From an uncultured Muribaculaceae bacterium (GTDB lineage: Bacteria; Bacillota_I; Bacilli_A; RF39; UBA660): DNA of 32,499 nt. The notes beneath the pieces are model-generated. The model was not told the DNA's origin, did no database searches, and saw only the letters and a list, made by a program, of their open reading frames with translations. The DNA is taken from contig CAZKBC010000001.1 in the NCBI GenBank assembly GCA_964551265.1, positions 1 through 32,499 on the forward strand. The letters are read 5' to 3'. Positions 16,311 to 24,811 of this stretch are shown here, piece after piece (position 1 is the stretch's first letter; every line of letters begins with the position of its first letter). The position numbers were made by a program, and so were the translations under genes.

Positions 16311-17240
16311 ATGGCATTTAAAAAAGAATTTAAAACTCTCGATCAACAAATTGATATATTGAAGAGTAAAGGTTTGATAATAGATAGTGATGAAAAAGTA
16401 AAAAAGATATTATTTAGAGAAAATTACTTTTTTATAAACGGATATAGATATATATTTTATAAATCTCAAAATGAAAGAGAATTCATTGAGGGTTCTACAT
16501 TTGATGAGTTATATGCTTTTTTTCTATTCGATAGAAATGTAAGAAATATAATGTTTAAAAATATATTAATAATTGAAAATAATATTAAGTCAGTTATGAG
16601 TTACGTCTTATCAAAAAAATATGGTATAAAAGAAAAAGATTACTTGAAAGTATCTAATTTTACTAAAGATTTTTCAAAATCAAGAAGAGTATCTGATGTT
16701 ATAAGTAAAATTAGAAGACAAATTAAAATTAATAGTAAACAGCATAGTGCAACACTCCATTACATAACAAACTATGGATATGTTCCAATGTGGATAATGG
16801 TAAAAGTATTATCATTTGGAATAATAAGTGAACTATATTCTATTCTTAAAGATGAAGACAAAAAAGAAATTGCGGATTATTATGGTGTTCCATTTGAAAA
16901 CTTAGAGATATTCTTGGCAGTAACTGCTAATTATAGAAATTTATGTGCTCATGAGGATATATTGTTTGATCATAAGACACAAAGAGAAATACCAAACACA
17001 ATTTATCACGAAAAATTAAATATTCCAAAAGTAAGTGATGAATTTGTTTATGGAAAAAACGATTTCTTTTCAGTAATTATTATTATGAAACATATGTTAA
17101 CAGAAGAAGAATTTAGATTGTTGCTTTATGAAATAGGTTATGAAATAGATTTATTAGATGGAAAAGTTTCTTCAATTCCTTTATCAAAGATATTACATAG
17201 GTTAGGATTTGTAGATAACTGGAGAGATATATTAGAATAG
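16311..17240 (+). CDS. Abi_2 family (AbiD/AbiF-like) abortive-infection protein
   Basis: The N-terminus FKTLDQQIDILKSKGLIIDSDEKVKKILFRENYFFINGYRY matches the K.f.t.eeQi.lL..rGl.i.d…i.YYrlsgY opening of the family. The C-terminal YRNLCAHEDILFD matches the R-N-x-x-A-H signature. Confidence 0.8.
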   Translation: MAFKKEFKTLDQQIDILKSKGLIIDSDEKVKKILFRENYFFINGYRYIFYKSQNEREFIEGSTFDELYAFFLFDRNVRNIMFKNILIIENNIKSVMSYVLSKKYGIKEKDYLKVSNFTKDFSKSRRVSDVISKIRRQIKINSKQHSATLHYITNYGYVPMWIMVKVLSFGIISELYSILKDEDKKEIADYYGVPFENLEIFLAVTANYRNLCAHEDILFDHKTQREIPNTIYHEKLNIPKVSDEFVYGKNDFFSVIIIMKHMLTEEEFRLLLYEIGYEIDLLDGKVSSIPLSKILHRLGFVDNWRDILE

Positions 17241-17248
17241 GAGGATTT

Positions 17249-18340
17249 ATGAAAAAAAGTAAGAATTATATTTTAGTATCAATATTAATGTTTTTCCTAG
17301 GATGTTTAGGAATGTATTTGTTAATAAGTTTTGTACCACTTAAGACTAAAACAATAAAAGAAACTATGAATCAATATAAAATTGAGGATACTGCGATTGA
17401 AACTGCAATAGATAAAGTATATGATGCAGTTGTTGTTGTAGAATCGTTTTTAGATACAAGAAAAGCTGGAACTGGAACTGGATTCATATATAAGAAAGAT
17501 TCTAAATATGGATATATTATGACTAATGCTCATGTACTTGGAACGGGCAATAAAGCAAAGATTATTCTATCTGATAATAAAGAAGTAGACGCTAAAATAT
17601 TAGGTAAAGATGTTTTATCTGATATTGCGGTATTATCAATAGATTTAAAATATGTAAAAAATGTAGTAGAAATAGGAGATAATAGTAAGACTAAATTAGG
17701 AAATACTGTAATTACTATAGGAGCTCCTATGGGTAGTGAATATAGTGGAACCGTTACTAAAGGAATAATATCAGGTAAGGATAGGATGTTATCCGTTAGT
17801 TTAAGCAGTTATGGATCTAGTGATTTAATGATAAGGGTACTACAAACAGATGCTGCTATCAACCCAGGAAACAGCGGAGGACCACTATTAAATGTAGCGG
17901 GTCAAGTAATTGGAATAACTTCTTTAAAATTAGTGCAAAGTGAAGTTGAAGGTATGGGATTTGCCATTCCTATTGAAGATGCTATGAGATATGTAGAGGA
18001 CTTAGAAAATGGTAGAGAAATATCAAGACCATTTATTGGAATAGAAATGATAGATGTTAATGAAGTTTACTCTCTTTTCCTAGAAGGCATTATGATAAAT
18101 GAAAAGATTGAAAAAGGAGTAGTAATTACTGGTGTATCTAAAGATTCTCCTGCAGAAAAAGCGGGTTTAAAAAGAGGAGATGTTATACTAAAAATAGGTA
18201 ATGAAGAAATAGATAATAAAGCTGAACTTAGATATGAGTTATATAAACATAAAGTAGGAGATAAAATTAATGTATTTGTATACAGAGATGATAAGATAAA
18301 AGAATACAGCTTAACATTGGTAAGTAGTAACAATAAATAG
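17249..18340 (+). CDS. htrA: Membrane-anchored HtrA/DegP-type S1C serine protease with one PDZ domain
   Basis: N-terminal TM (ILVSILMFFLGCLGMYLLISF). Catalytic His (MTNAHVL), Asp (LSDIAVL) and Ser (GNSGGPLLN). PDZ region GVVITGVSKDSPAEKAGLKRGDVILKIGNEEI. Its AGGAGG RBS overlaps the stop of the Abi_2 gene. Confidence 0.9.
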   Translation: MKKSKNYILVSILMFFLGCLGMYLLISFVPLKTKTIKETMNQYKIEDTAIETAIDKVYDAVVVVESFLDTRKAGTGTGFIYKKDSKYGYIMTNAHVLGTGNKAKIILSDNKEVDAKILGKDVLSDIAVLSIDLKYVKNVVEIGDNSKTKLGNTVITIGAPMGSEYSGTVTKGIISGKDRMLSVSLSSYGSSDLMIRVLQTDAAINPGNSGGPLLNVAGQVIGITSLKLVQSEVEGMGFAIPIEDAMRYVEDLENGREISRPFIGIEMIDVNEVYSLFLEGIMINEKIEKGVVITGVSKDSPAEKAGLKRGDVILKIGNEEIDNKAELRYELYKHKVGDKINVFVYRDDKIKEYSLTLVSSNNK

Positions 18341-18358
18341 TATTCTTGGAGGTATATT

Positions 18359-20365
18359 ATGTATGAAGATTTAAAGGTATTAAAGAGAGATAACAAAAAG
18401 GCTGATTTTAATGGTGAGAAAATAGCAATTGCAATAAAGAAATCTTTTGATAGCAGAGAAGAATTCATAGATAAGTATACTGATGAAGATATCAATAAAG
18501 TATATAAAGCTGTACTAGATGATATATTTGATAATTATTTTGAAAAACCATATATTAAAGTTGAAGACATACAAGATGTAATAGAAAAGATTCTCATTAA
18601 ACTAGATTATAAGGATGTTTATGAGTCTTTTTCTAACTATAGAGATAAGAGAGCAGAATCAAGAAAAATGTTCTTATCTGAGCCTAAACAACACAAATTA
18701 TTAAAAGCAATAGAAAAGATAACATTAAAACAGGATTGGGTTAAAAAAACTAATACTACACCAAATGATGTTATATTTAATTATGGGAATATTATTTCTG
18801 AAGAATTTGCAAATGCATATTTATTAAATAGTAAATATACTCAGATGCAAGAAAGTGGACAAGTATATATAGATAATATAGAATCTATTTCTATAGGAAC
18901 AACAGAGTCATGCATTATAGATATTAACAAAATATTAGAAAAAGGATTTAGTATAGAAAATATTCACTATAAAGAGCCAAACGACATGTTGTCATATTTA
19001 GACTTAATGTCCTTGATAATAAAGAGAAATTCTGAAGATCAACATGGAGATCAAGGTATTCAAAGTTTAGATTTTATGATGAAACAAATTGTTATTAATA
19101 CATTCAAAGAAATATTTAATGATAAGTTATATGAACATCTAGATGTAAATGGATATTTAAATTTTGTAGATTTTGATTCTATTTCAAAAGATATTTCAAA
19201 ATTAAATTCTATTAATATAGATATAAGTTTATTTTATAAATATTCTAAAGAAGTACCTCAAATAAAAAACATATTAGAGAAATCATACAATAAATCTTTA
19301 GAATCAACTGATAAAATTGTTTATAAAGCATTATATAAATTCTTACATAATTCGTACTATAAGGTAAATGATAAATGTAGAATAGTTACTATTTCTTTAG
19401 GAATTGACACTTCATATGAAGGAAGAATGATTACTAGAAATTATTTATTATCTTTAGATGATAAAGTAGTAACTAAGACAGTATTTAAAATAAAAAAAGG
19501 TATAAACTATAATGTGACAGATATTAATTACGATTTATTTAAATTAGCGATATCCATAATATTTAAAGGCAATAATATAGGATTTTCTTTTATGGATTTT
19601 AAACCAAATTTTAAAGAATATAATGGTTCTTTGGAATCAGAAGTATTTTATTTTAATAATGGTTTAAGAGTAATGGAAAACATATTAAACGAAAAAGTTA
19701 ATGTTTTAGGAAGGGGATTATTATCAAAAACATATATTAATCTTGCTAGAATTGGATTAAAGAATACTAATCAAGAAGAAAATAAAGAAGAATTATTCTC
19801 AGAAATTGATAATACTTTGAATACCGTTATAGAACAATTATACGATAGATATTTAATACAAGCAGAAAGGAAAGCTTCTGAATTTCAATTTTTAATGGGT
19901 GAGAATGTTTACTTTGAATCTAAAGGTCTAAAACAAGGGGAAAAAGTAAAGAAATCTATTAGAAATGGTTTACTTGGTATTGGCATTATTGGTCTTAATG
20001 AATGTATAAAGGTATTAAAGTTTAAAATAACTAGTGATGAGATTATAGATTATATTTATAAAAAAATACATAAATATAAAAATGAGTATAACCTAAATTA
20101 TGTACTTATTGGACCAGATAAAGATTTATCAAAAGAATTCATAGATATCGATAGAGCTATATATGGAGATATTAAAGATGTAACAGATAAAGAATACTAT
20201 GATTTATATTTTAATAATATATTTGAAGATAAGAATATTACTAAATTTAATGGCGGATATTTGATTGAAAAAGAAAATACATTTAAATCGGAGGAAGAAT
20301 TAATAAAGTTTATTAAAGATCAAGATATTGGATATATAAGTATAATAAAAAAAATTGAAGATTAA
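18359..20365 (+). CDS. ATP-cone-containing NrdD (class III ribonucleotide reductase)-like protein lacking catalytic Cys and the glycyl-radical C-terminus (probable pseudoenzyme)
   Basis: ATP-cone: VLKRDNKKADFNGEKIAIAIKKS…VEDIQDVIEKILIKLDYKDVYESFSNYRDKR. NrdD-core blocks: ESCIIDINKILEKGF, VTISLGIDTSYEGRMI, GRGLLSKTYINLARIGL, VTDKEYY. The G-C-R thiyl position reads G-L-R (19661-19669). The protein ends at …DIGYISIIKKIED with no CxxC…CxxC and no RVCGY. It has only 3 Cys in total. Confidence 0.7.
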   Translation: MYEDLKVLKRDNKKADFNGEKIAIAIKKSFDSREEFIDKYTDEDINKVYKAVLDDIFDNYFEKPYIKVEDIQDVIEKILIKLDYKDVYESFSNYRDKRAESRKMFLSEPKQHKLLKAIEKITLKQDWVKKTNTTPNDVIFNYGNIISEEFANAYLLNSKYTQMQESGQVYIDNIESISIGTTESCIIDINKILEKGFSIENIHYKEPNDMLSYLDLMSLIIKRNSEDQHGDQGIQSLDFMMKQIVINTFKEIFNDKLYEHLDVNGYLNFVDFDSISKDISKLNSINIDISLFYKYSKEVPQIKNILEKSYNKSLESTDKIVYKALYKFLHNSYYKVNDKCRIVTISLGIDTSYEGRMITRNYLLSLDDKVVTKTVFKIKKGINYNVTDINYDLFKLAISIIFKGNNIGFSFMDFKPNFKEYNGSLESEVFYFNNGLRVMENILNEKVNVLGRGLLSKTYINLARIGLKNTNQEENKEELFSEIDNTLNTVIEQLYDRYLIQAERKASEFQFLMGENVYFESKGLKQGEKVKKSIRNGLLGIGIIGLNECIKVLKFKITSDEIIDYIYKKIHKYKNEYNLNYVLIGPDKDLSKEFIDIDRAIYGDIKDVTDKEYYDLYFNNIFEDKNITKFNGGYLIEKENTFKSEEELIKFIKDQDIGYISIIKKIED

Positions 20366-20375
20366 TTCAATTTTT

Positions 20376-21272
20376 TTATTTAAATAATTTTTTAGGATAT
20401 ATTCCTTTTGTTATAAGATTCTTTATTTCATTTACTACTATTTCTTTATCCTCTTTATATGTTATACCTATCCATTTAGCAGGTGTTTTTATTACTGCGA
20501 TATTAACCAATTTTTTTTGTAACATTTCATTCATTACTTCTGGTATTAAATATTCAATCTTATCAATCTTATCAATATTATTATTGAAATAATCAAATAT
20601 ATTATTTTCTAAATATTCAAATAACTTAGGAGTAAATGTAATCATATTCATTGATACTAATGTATCAAAATCAACTTCAACTTTTCTTTCATCTACAAGA
20701 GCTTTTGCTACATATCCAGTATCATTTTTTTCAATATTACTTTCAACTAACTCTATTAGTTTGTTTTTATCTCTAATACAAACTCCTCTTTTAACTGAAC
20801 CGCTCTCTGTTACAGTGTTTCCTAAAATATAACCCGCTATAGCAAAATCATTCTTTGATTTATCTATGAAATTACTTAGTAGTTCAAATGATTCTTTTCC
20901 ATAAAAGTCATCAGCATTTATTATTGTAAAATTCTCTTTTATTACATCTTTACTACAATATATTGCGTGTGCAGTACCTAGTGGTTTTGTTCTATCCTTT
21001 GGAATAGATACTTTTTTTGATATATTATCATTCTTTTGAAATACATAATGAACTTCTACTATTTTTTCAATGTCCTTACCAACTTTTTCTTTAAATAATT
21101 CAAAGTTCTCTTCTTTAATAATAAAAACGATTTTATTATATCCCGCTTTTATAGCGTCGTATATTGAATAATGAATAATAAACTCTCCATTAGGTCCAAC
21201 AGGTTCTATTTGTTTTAAACCGCCAAACCTACTGCCCATTCCAGCAGCTAATATAAGTAATGTTTTTTTCAT
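20376..21272 (-). CDS. Sugar-phosphate nucleotidyltransferase (NTP_transferase fold)
   Basis: The N-terminal LILAAGMGSRFGG.KQ is the G-x-G-[ST]-R pyrophosphorylase signature. RBS AAAGGAGG. It converges on the NrdD-like gene with only 10 nt between the stop codons. Confidence 0.7.
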   Translation of the reverse strand: MKKTLLILAAGMGSRFGGLKQIEPVGPNGEFIIHYSIYDAIKAGYNKIVFIIKEENFELFKEKVGKDIEKIVEVHYVFQKNDNISKKVSIPKDRTKPLGTAHAIYCSKDVIKENFTIINADDFYGKESFELLSNFIDKSKNDFAIAGYILGNTVTESGSVKRGVCIRDKNKLIELVESNIEKNDTGYVAKALVDERKVEVDFDTLVSMNMITFTPKLFEYLENNIFDYFNNNIDKIDKIEYLIPEVMNEMLQKKLVNIAVIKTPAKWIGITYKEDKEIVVNEIKNLITKGIYPKKLFK

Positions 21273-21326
21273 ATGTCCTCCTTTAATTATGATATCACAA
21301 ATATATTAAATGTCTACAATCAAATC

Positions 21327-21347
21327 TTTTTAACAAATTGTTAAAAA
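21327..21347. promoter_or_regulatory. Perfect 21-bp palindrome (10-1-10), candidate operator
   Basis: TTTTTAACAA-A-TTGTTAAAAA, ending 4 nt upstream of the -35 hexamer of the NAD operon promoter. Confidence 0.5.
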
Positions 21348-21351
21348 CATA

Positions 21352-21380
21352 TTGACAAATTGATGTGTTATTAATATAAT
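21352..21380 (+). promoter_or_regulatory. Consensus sigma-A promoter of the NAD salvage operon
   Basis: TTGACA (21352-21357), exactly 17 nt, then TATAAT (21375-21380). An AAGGAGG RBS precedes the pncA ATG at 21422. Confidence 0.8.
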
Positions 21381-21390
21381 GTTAATAACA
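21366..21390. promoter_or_regulatory. Perfect 9-7-9 inverted repeat straddling the -10 box, candidate operator
   Basis: TGTTATTAA (21366-21374), TATAATG, then TTAATAACA (21382-21390). It shares the TGTTA/TAACA core with the upstream palindrome. Confidence 0.5.
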
Positions 21391-21421
21391 GAAAGAAAAT
21401 TATTCTAAAAAAGGAGGATAT

Positions 21422-22021
21422 ATGAAAAAGAATTTAGAAGAATTTAAGAAATTGCTTATTATTGTAGACATGGTTAATGGTTTTGTAAGGGAAGGAAAAA
21501 TGTCTGATAAAAAAATTGAAGAAATTATTCCAGAACAACTTAGACTAATCGATCAATTTTTATTAGATAAAGAAGGAATAGCTTTTATTAAAGATACTCA
21601 TAATAATGGATGCAAAGAGTTTGATAGATATCCAGAACATTGTGTTAATGGAACATCTGAATCAGAATTAGTAGACGAATTAAAAGAGTATGAAGATAAC
21701 TCGTTTGTATATACAAAAAATTCAACAAGTACTATGTATGCCCCTAAGTTTATTGATGATATTAATAAGATGAAATCTCTTAGGGAAATAATTATTGCGG
21801 GATGTTGTACAGATATATGTGTCTTAAATCTTGCAATACCTCTTCAAAATTATTTTGATCAAGAAGATAGAAGAGTAGATATAATCGTTCCTACTAATGC
21901 AGTTGAAACTTATGGAGCAGATTATCATAATAGGGATGAATACAATGATATGGCATTTAAATTGATGAATCAAGCAGGAATTAAATTAGTTAAAAGATAT
22001 GGAGGAAATAATGGAAAATAA
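21422..22021 (+). CDS. pncA: Nicotinamidase (isochorismatase/cysteine-hydrolase family)
   Basis: LLIIVDMVNGF (catalytic Asp region) and IIIAGCCTDICVLN (catalytic Cys in the G..TD.CV motif). First gene of the NAD operon. Confidence 0.8.
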   Translation: MKKNLEEFKKLLIIVDMVNGFVREGKMSDKKIEEIIPEQLRLIDQFLLDKEGIAFIKDTHNNGCKEFDRYPEHCVNGTSESELVDELKEYEDNSFVYTKNSTSTMYAPKFIDDINKMKSLREIIIAGCCTDICVLNLAIPLQNYFDQEDRRVDIIVPTNAVETYGADYHNRDEYNDMAFKLMNQAGIKLVKRYGGNNGK

Positions 22022-23462
22022 TACAATGATGACAGATTTTTATGAGCTTACTATGGCACAAACATATTTTGATAAAGGAGAAAAAGATAGAAAGGTTTAC
22101 TTTGATGTATTTTATAGGTCTAACCCCTTTAATGGAGGATATGCAATATCTGGAGGATTAGATAACATTGTTGAATATATAAATAATTTCAAAATCTCAG
22201 AAGATAATATAAAATACTTAAGAAACTTAGGAATATTCAAAGAAGACTTTTTAACATATTTAAAAGATTTAAAATTTAATGGAGATATTTTTGCAATACC
22301 TGATGGTACTCCAATATTTCCAAATGAACCAATTATAACTGTAAGAGCAAATGTTATAGAAGCTCAAATAATAGAAACTGCACTTCTAACAAATTTTAAT
22401 CACGGAACTTTAGTAACTACAGCTTCAAAAAGAATTACTGAAGCAGCTAAAGGTATTCCTGTTATGGAATTTGGAGCAAGAAGAGCAAGGGGAATAGAAT
22501 CCGCAATTGAAGCTAGTAAATATGCATATATTGGTGGGTGTACAGGAACAAGTAATGTATTAAGTGGAATGAAATATAATATACCAGTAATGGGAACAAT
22601 GGCACACAGTATTGTAAGTGATGCAGATACTGAATATGAAGCGTTCTTAGATTATGCTAAGAGCAATCCCAATAATTGTTTATTTTTAGTGGATACATAC
22701 GATACATTAAAAAGTGGAGTCCCTAACGCTATTAAAGTTGCAAAAGATTATTTAATACCCAATGGTTTAAAATTTAAAGGTATAAGAATAGATAGTGGAG
22801 ACTTAGCTTATCTTTCTAAAGAGGCAAGAAAAATGTTGGATGAAGCTGGTTTTTTAGATACCAAGATTACTTTATCAAATAGTTTAAATGAAGAAGTAAT
22901 CAAATCATTAATTGACCAAGATGCAAAATTTGACTCTTTAGGAGTTGGAGATAATATATCTGCCTCTAAAGAAAGAGTTGGAGGAGTATATAAATTAGTG
23001 GCAATTGAAAAAGATAACACAATAGTGCCAAGAATAAAAGTAAGCGATGACACAATAAAAACAACCAATCCTGGATATAAAAAAGTAATTAGGTTTTTTG
23101 ATAAAGAATCAGGATATGCTCTTGGAGATGTAATTGCATTACATAATGAAACTATTCCTACTGATCAATATACTTTAATTAATCCTATTGAAGAATGGAA
23201 ACAAAAAACAATTAACAACTATGATGCTAAAAATATGATGATACCTATTTATATAAATGGAAAACAAGTATATAATGTTCCTAGTGTTAAAGATAGAAAA
23301 TCTTACTGTAATCAACAATTTGATACAATATATCCAGAGATAAAAAGAAGTTCTAATCCTCATGAATATTATGTAGACTTATCTAAAGACTTATTAGAGT
23401 TAAAGAAAAGATTAATACAAGAGAGTATTAGTTCTAGACCAAAAATAAAGGAATTAAAATGA
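22011..23462 (+). CDS. pncB: Nicotinate phosphoribosyltransferase
   Basis: MMTDFYELTMAQTYF…, …VMEFGARRARG…, and GTMAHS (phospho-His region). The likely start is ATG 22011, 5 nt after GGAGG (22001-22005). The track start 21999 is an alternative. Confidence 0.9.
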   Translation: MENNTMMTDFYELTMAQTYFDKGEKDRKVYFDVFYRSNPFNGGYAISGGLDNIVEYINNFKISEDNIKYLRNLGIFKEDFLTYLKDLKFNGDIFAIPDGTPIFPNEPIITVRANVIEAQIIETALLTNFNHGTLVTTASKRITEAAKGIPVMEFGARRARGIESAIEASKYAYIGGCTGTSNVLSGMKYNIPVMGTMAHSIVSDADTEYEAFLDYAKSNPNNCLFLVDTYDTLKSGVPNAIKVAKDYLIPNGLKFKGIRIDSGDLAYLSKEARKMLDEAGFLDTKITLSNSLNEEVIKSLIDQDAKFDSLGVGDNISASKERVGGVYKLVAIEKDNTIVPRIKVSDDTIKTTNPGYKKVIRFFDKESGYALGDVIALHNETIPTDQYTLINPIEEWKQKTINNYDAKNMMIPIYINGKQVYNVPSVKDRKSYCNQQFDTIYPEIKRSSNPHEYYVDLSKDLLELKKRLIQESISSRPKIKELK

Positions 23463-24058
23463 TTAGAAAAGAAAAGTTAGAATTAATCAAATTGTTTTAT
23501 GAAGAATTAAAAACAAAAGAAATAACGAGAGTAAATAATACAAGTTTTATTACAAGCGAAAAATATAAAATTACTTTAAATAATGGTAAAATCATTTATA
23601 GAGAGAAAATATTTAAAAGTAACAAAGATGGAAGTGCTTCTATAATTCTTCCAGTAACAAAAGAGGGAGAAATAGTTACTGTTGTTGAACCTAGAGTGTT
23701 TACTAAAGATACAGTAGCGGTAGGGTTTCCATCTGGATATATAGAAGAAAATGAAGAACCACTTAAAGGTGCTATAAGAGAACTTAAAGAAGAAACTGGT
23801 TATGTATCTGATAAATGGATAAATATAGATTCTTATTATCAAGATGAAGGATGTAGTGGTGCATATAATTATAGCTTTATAGCGTTTGATTCAGAAAAGA
23901 AATTTGAACAGAAGTTAGATCAAGATGAACTAGTTAGATATATTCTATTAAATTATGATGAATTATTTGAACTAGAAAGAATAGGATATATATCAGGAGC
24001 TAATTCAAAATTAACACTTAATAAATCTATTCCATATATGAAAGGGAGGAAAATATGA
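23459..24058 (+). CDS. Nudix hydrolase, probable ADP-ribose pyrophosphatase
   Basis: Intact Nudix box GYIEENEEPLKGAIRELKEETGY (23735-23803) = G-x5-E-x7-R-E-x-x-E-E-x-G. ATGA overlaps occur at both ends, with pncB and with nadE. Confidence 0.75.
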   Translation: MIRKEKLELIKLFYEELKTKEITRVNNTSFITSEKYKITLNNGKIIYREKIFKSNKDGSASIILPVTKEGEIVTVVEPRVFTKDTVAVGFPSGYIEENEEPLKGAIRELKEETGYVSDKWINIDSYYQDEGCSGAYNYSFIAFDSEKKFEQKLDQDELVRYILLNYDELFELERIGYISGANSKLTLNKSIPYMKGRKI

Positions 24059-24810
24059 AATTTGATGCAATGAAAGAAAAAAATAATGTAGTAAACTTTA
24101 TCAAGGACTATTATAACAAACACAACTTAGGTGGAGCTGTAATAGGTATTAGTGGAGGTAAAGATTCTGGAGTTGTTGCAGGATTATTTGTAGAAGCTTT
24201 AGGAAAAGAGAATGTAATAGGATTTACATTACCATGTCATTCAAAAGATGAAGATAGAAAACACGCTAAGTTAGTAAGTGATTACTATGGATTTAAATTA
24301 TATAACTTTGACTTAACAAATGTATTTGATTCATTTAAAGAAGAATTAACCGATATGATTGAAGTTGATTCAAAAGATACATTAAATAGTGATATTAATT
24401 TAAAACCAAGACTAAGAATGTCTACTATGTACTATATGGCAGCATTATTCTCTAGTATTAATAAAAAAACATATTTAGTAGCGGGTACTTCTAACAAGAG
24501 TGAATTATTTGTTGGATATTTCACAAAAGGAGGAGACTCAGTATATGACATATCACCTCTAGCCGACTTTACTGTTGATGAAGTAATAGAAATTGGAAAA
24601 GTATTAAACGTTCCAAAAGAAGTATTATTTAAAACTCCATCTGATGGATTATCTTCTTTATCTGATGAAGATAAGTTAGGAGTTAAATATAAAGATATAG
24701 CAAGTTATATGGAAGATCCTTTTTCAGTTGATGAAGAAATAGGTAAAAAAATTCAAAAATTACACGATAATAATGCACATAAGTTTAACCTACCAACTTA
24801 TAGGAGGTAA
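24055..24810 (+). CDS. nadE: NH3-dependent NAD+ synthetase
   Basis: PP-loop GISGGKDSGVVA. ~250 aa with no glutaminase domain. …GTSNKSELFVGYFTKGGD…. Confidence 0.9.
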   Translation: MKFDAMKEKNNVVNFIKDYYNKHNLGGAVIGISGGKDSGVVAGLFVEALGKENVIGFTLPCHSKDEDRKHAKLVSDYYGFKLYNFDLTNVFDSFKEELTDMIEVDSKDTLNSDINLKPRLRMSTMYYMAALFSSINKKTYLVAGTSNKSELFVGYFTKGGDSVYDISPLADFTVDEVIEIGKVLNVPKEVLFKTPSDGLSSLSDEDKLGVKYKDIASYMEDPFSVDEEIGKKIQKLHDNNAHKFNLPTYRR

Positions 24811-24811
24811 T

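Noticed and set aside
20366-20375. Only 10 nt between the convergent stops of the NrdD-like and nucleotidyltransferase genes, with no terminator hairpin
   Set aside because: This is a real observation, but a T/A-rich spacer in tightly packed AT-rich genomes is common. It is not enough to infer antisense regulation.
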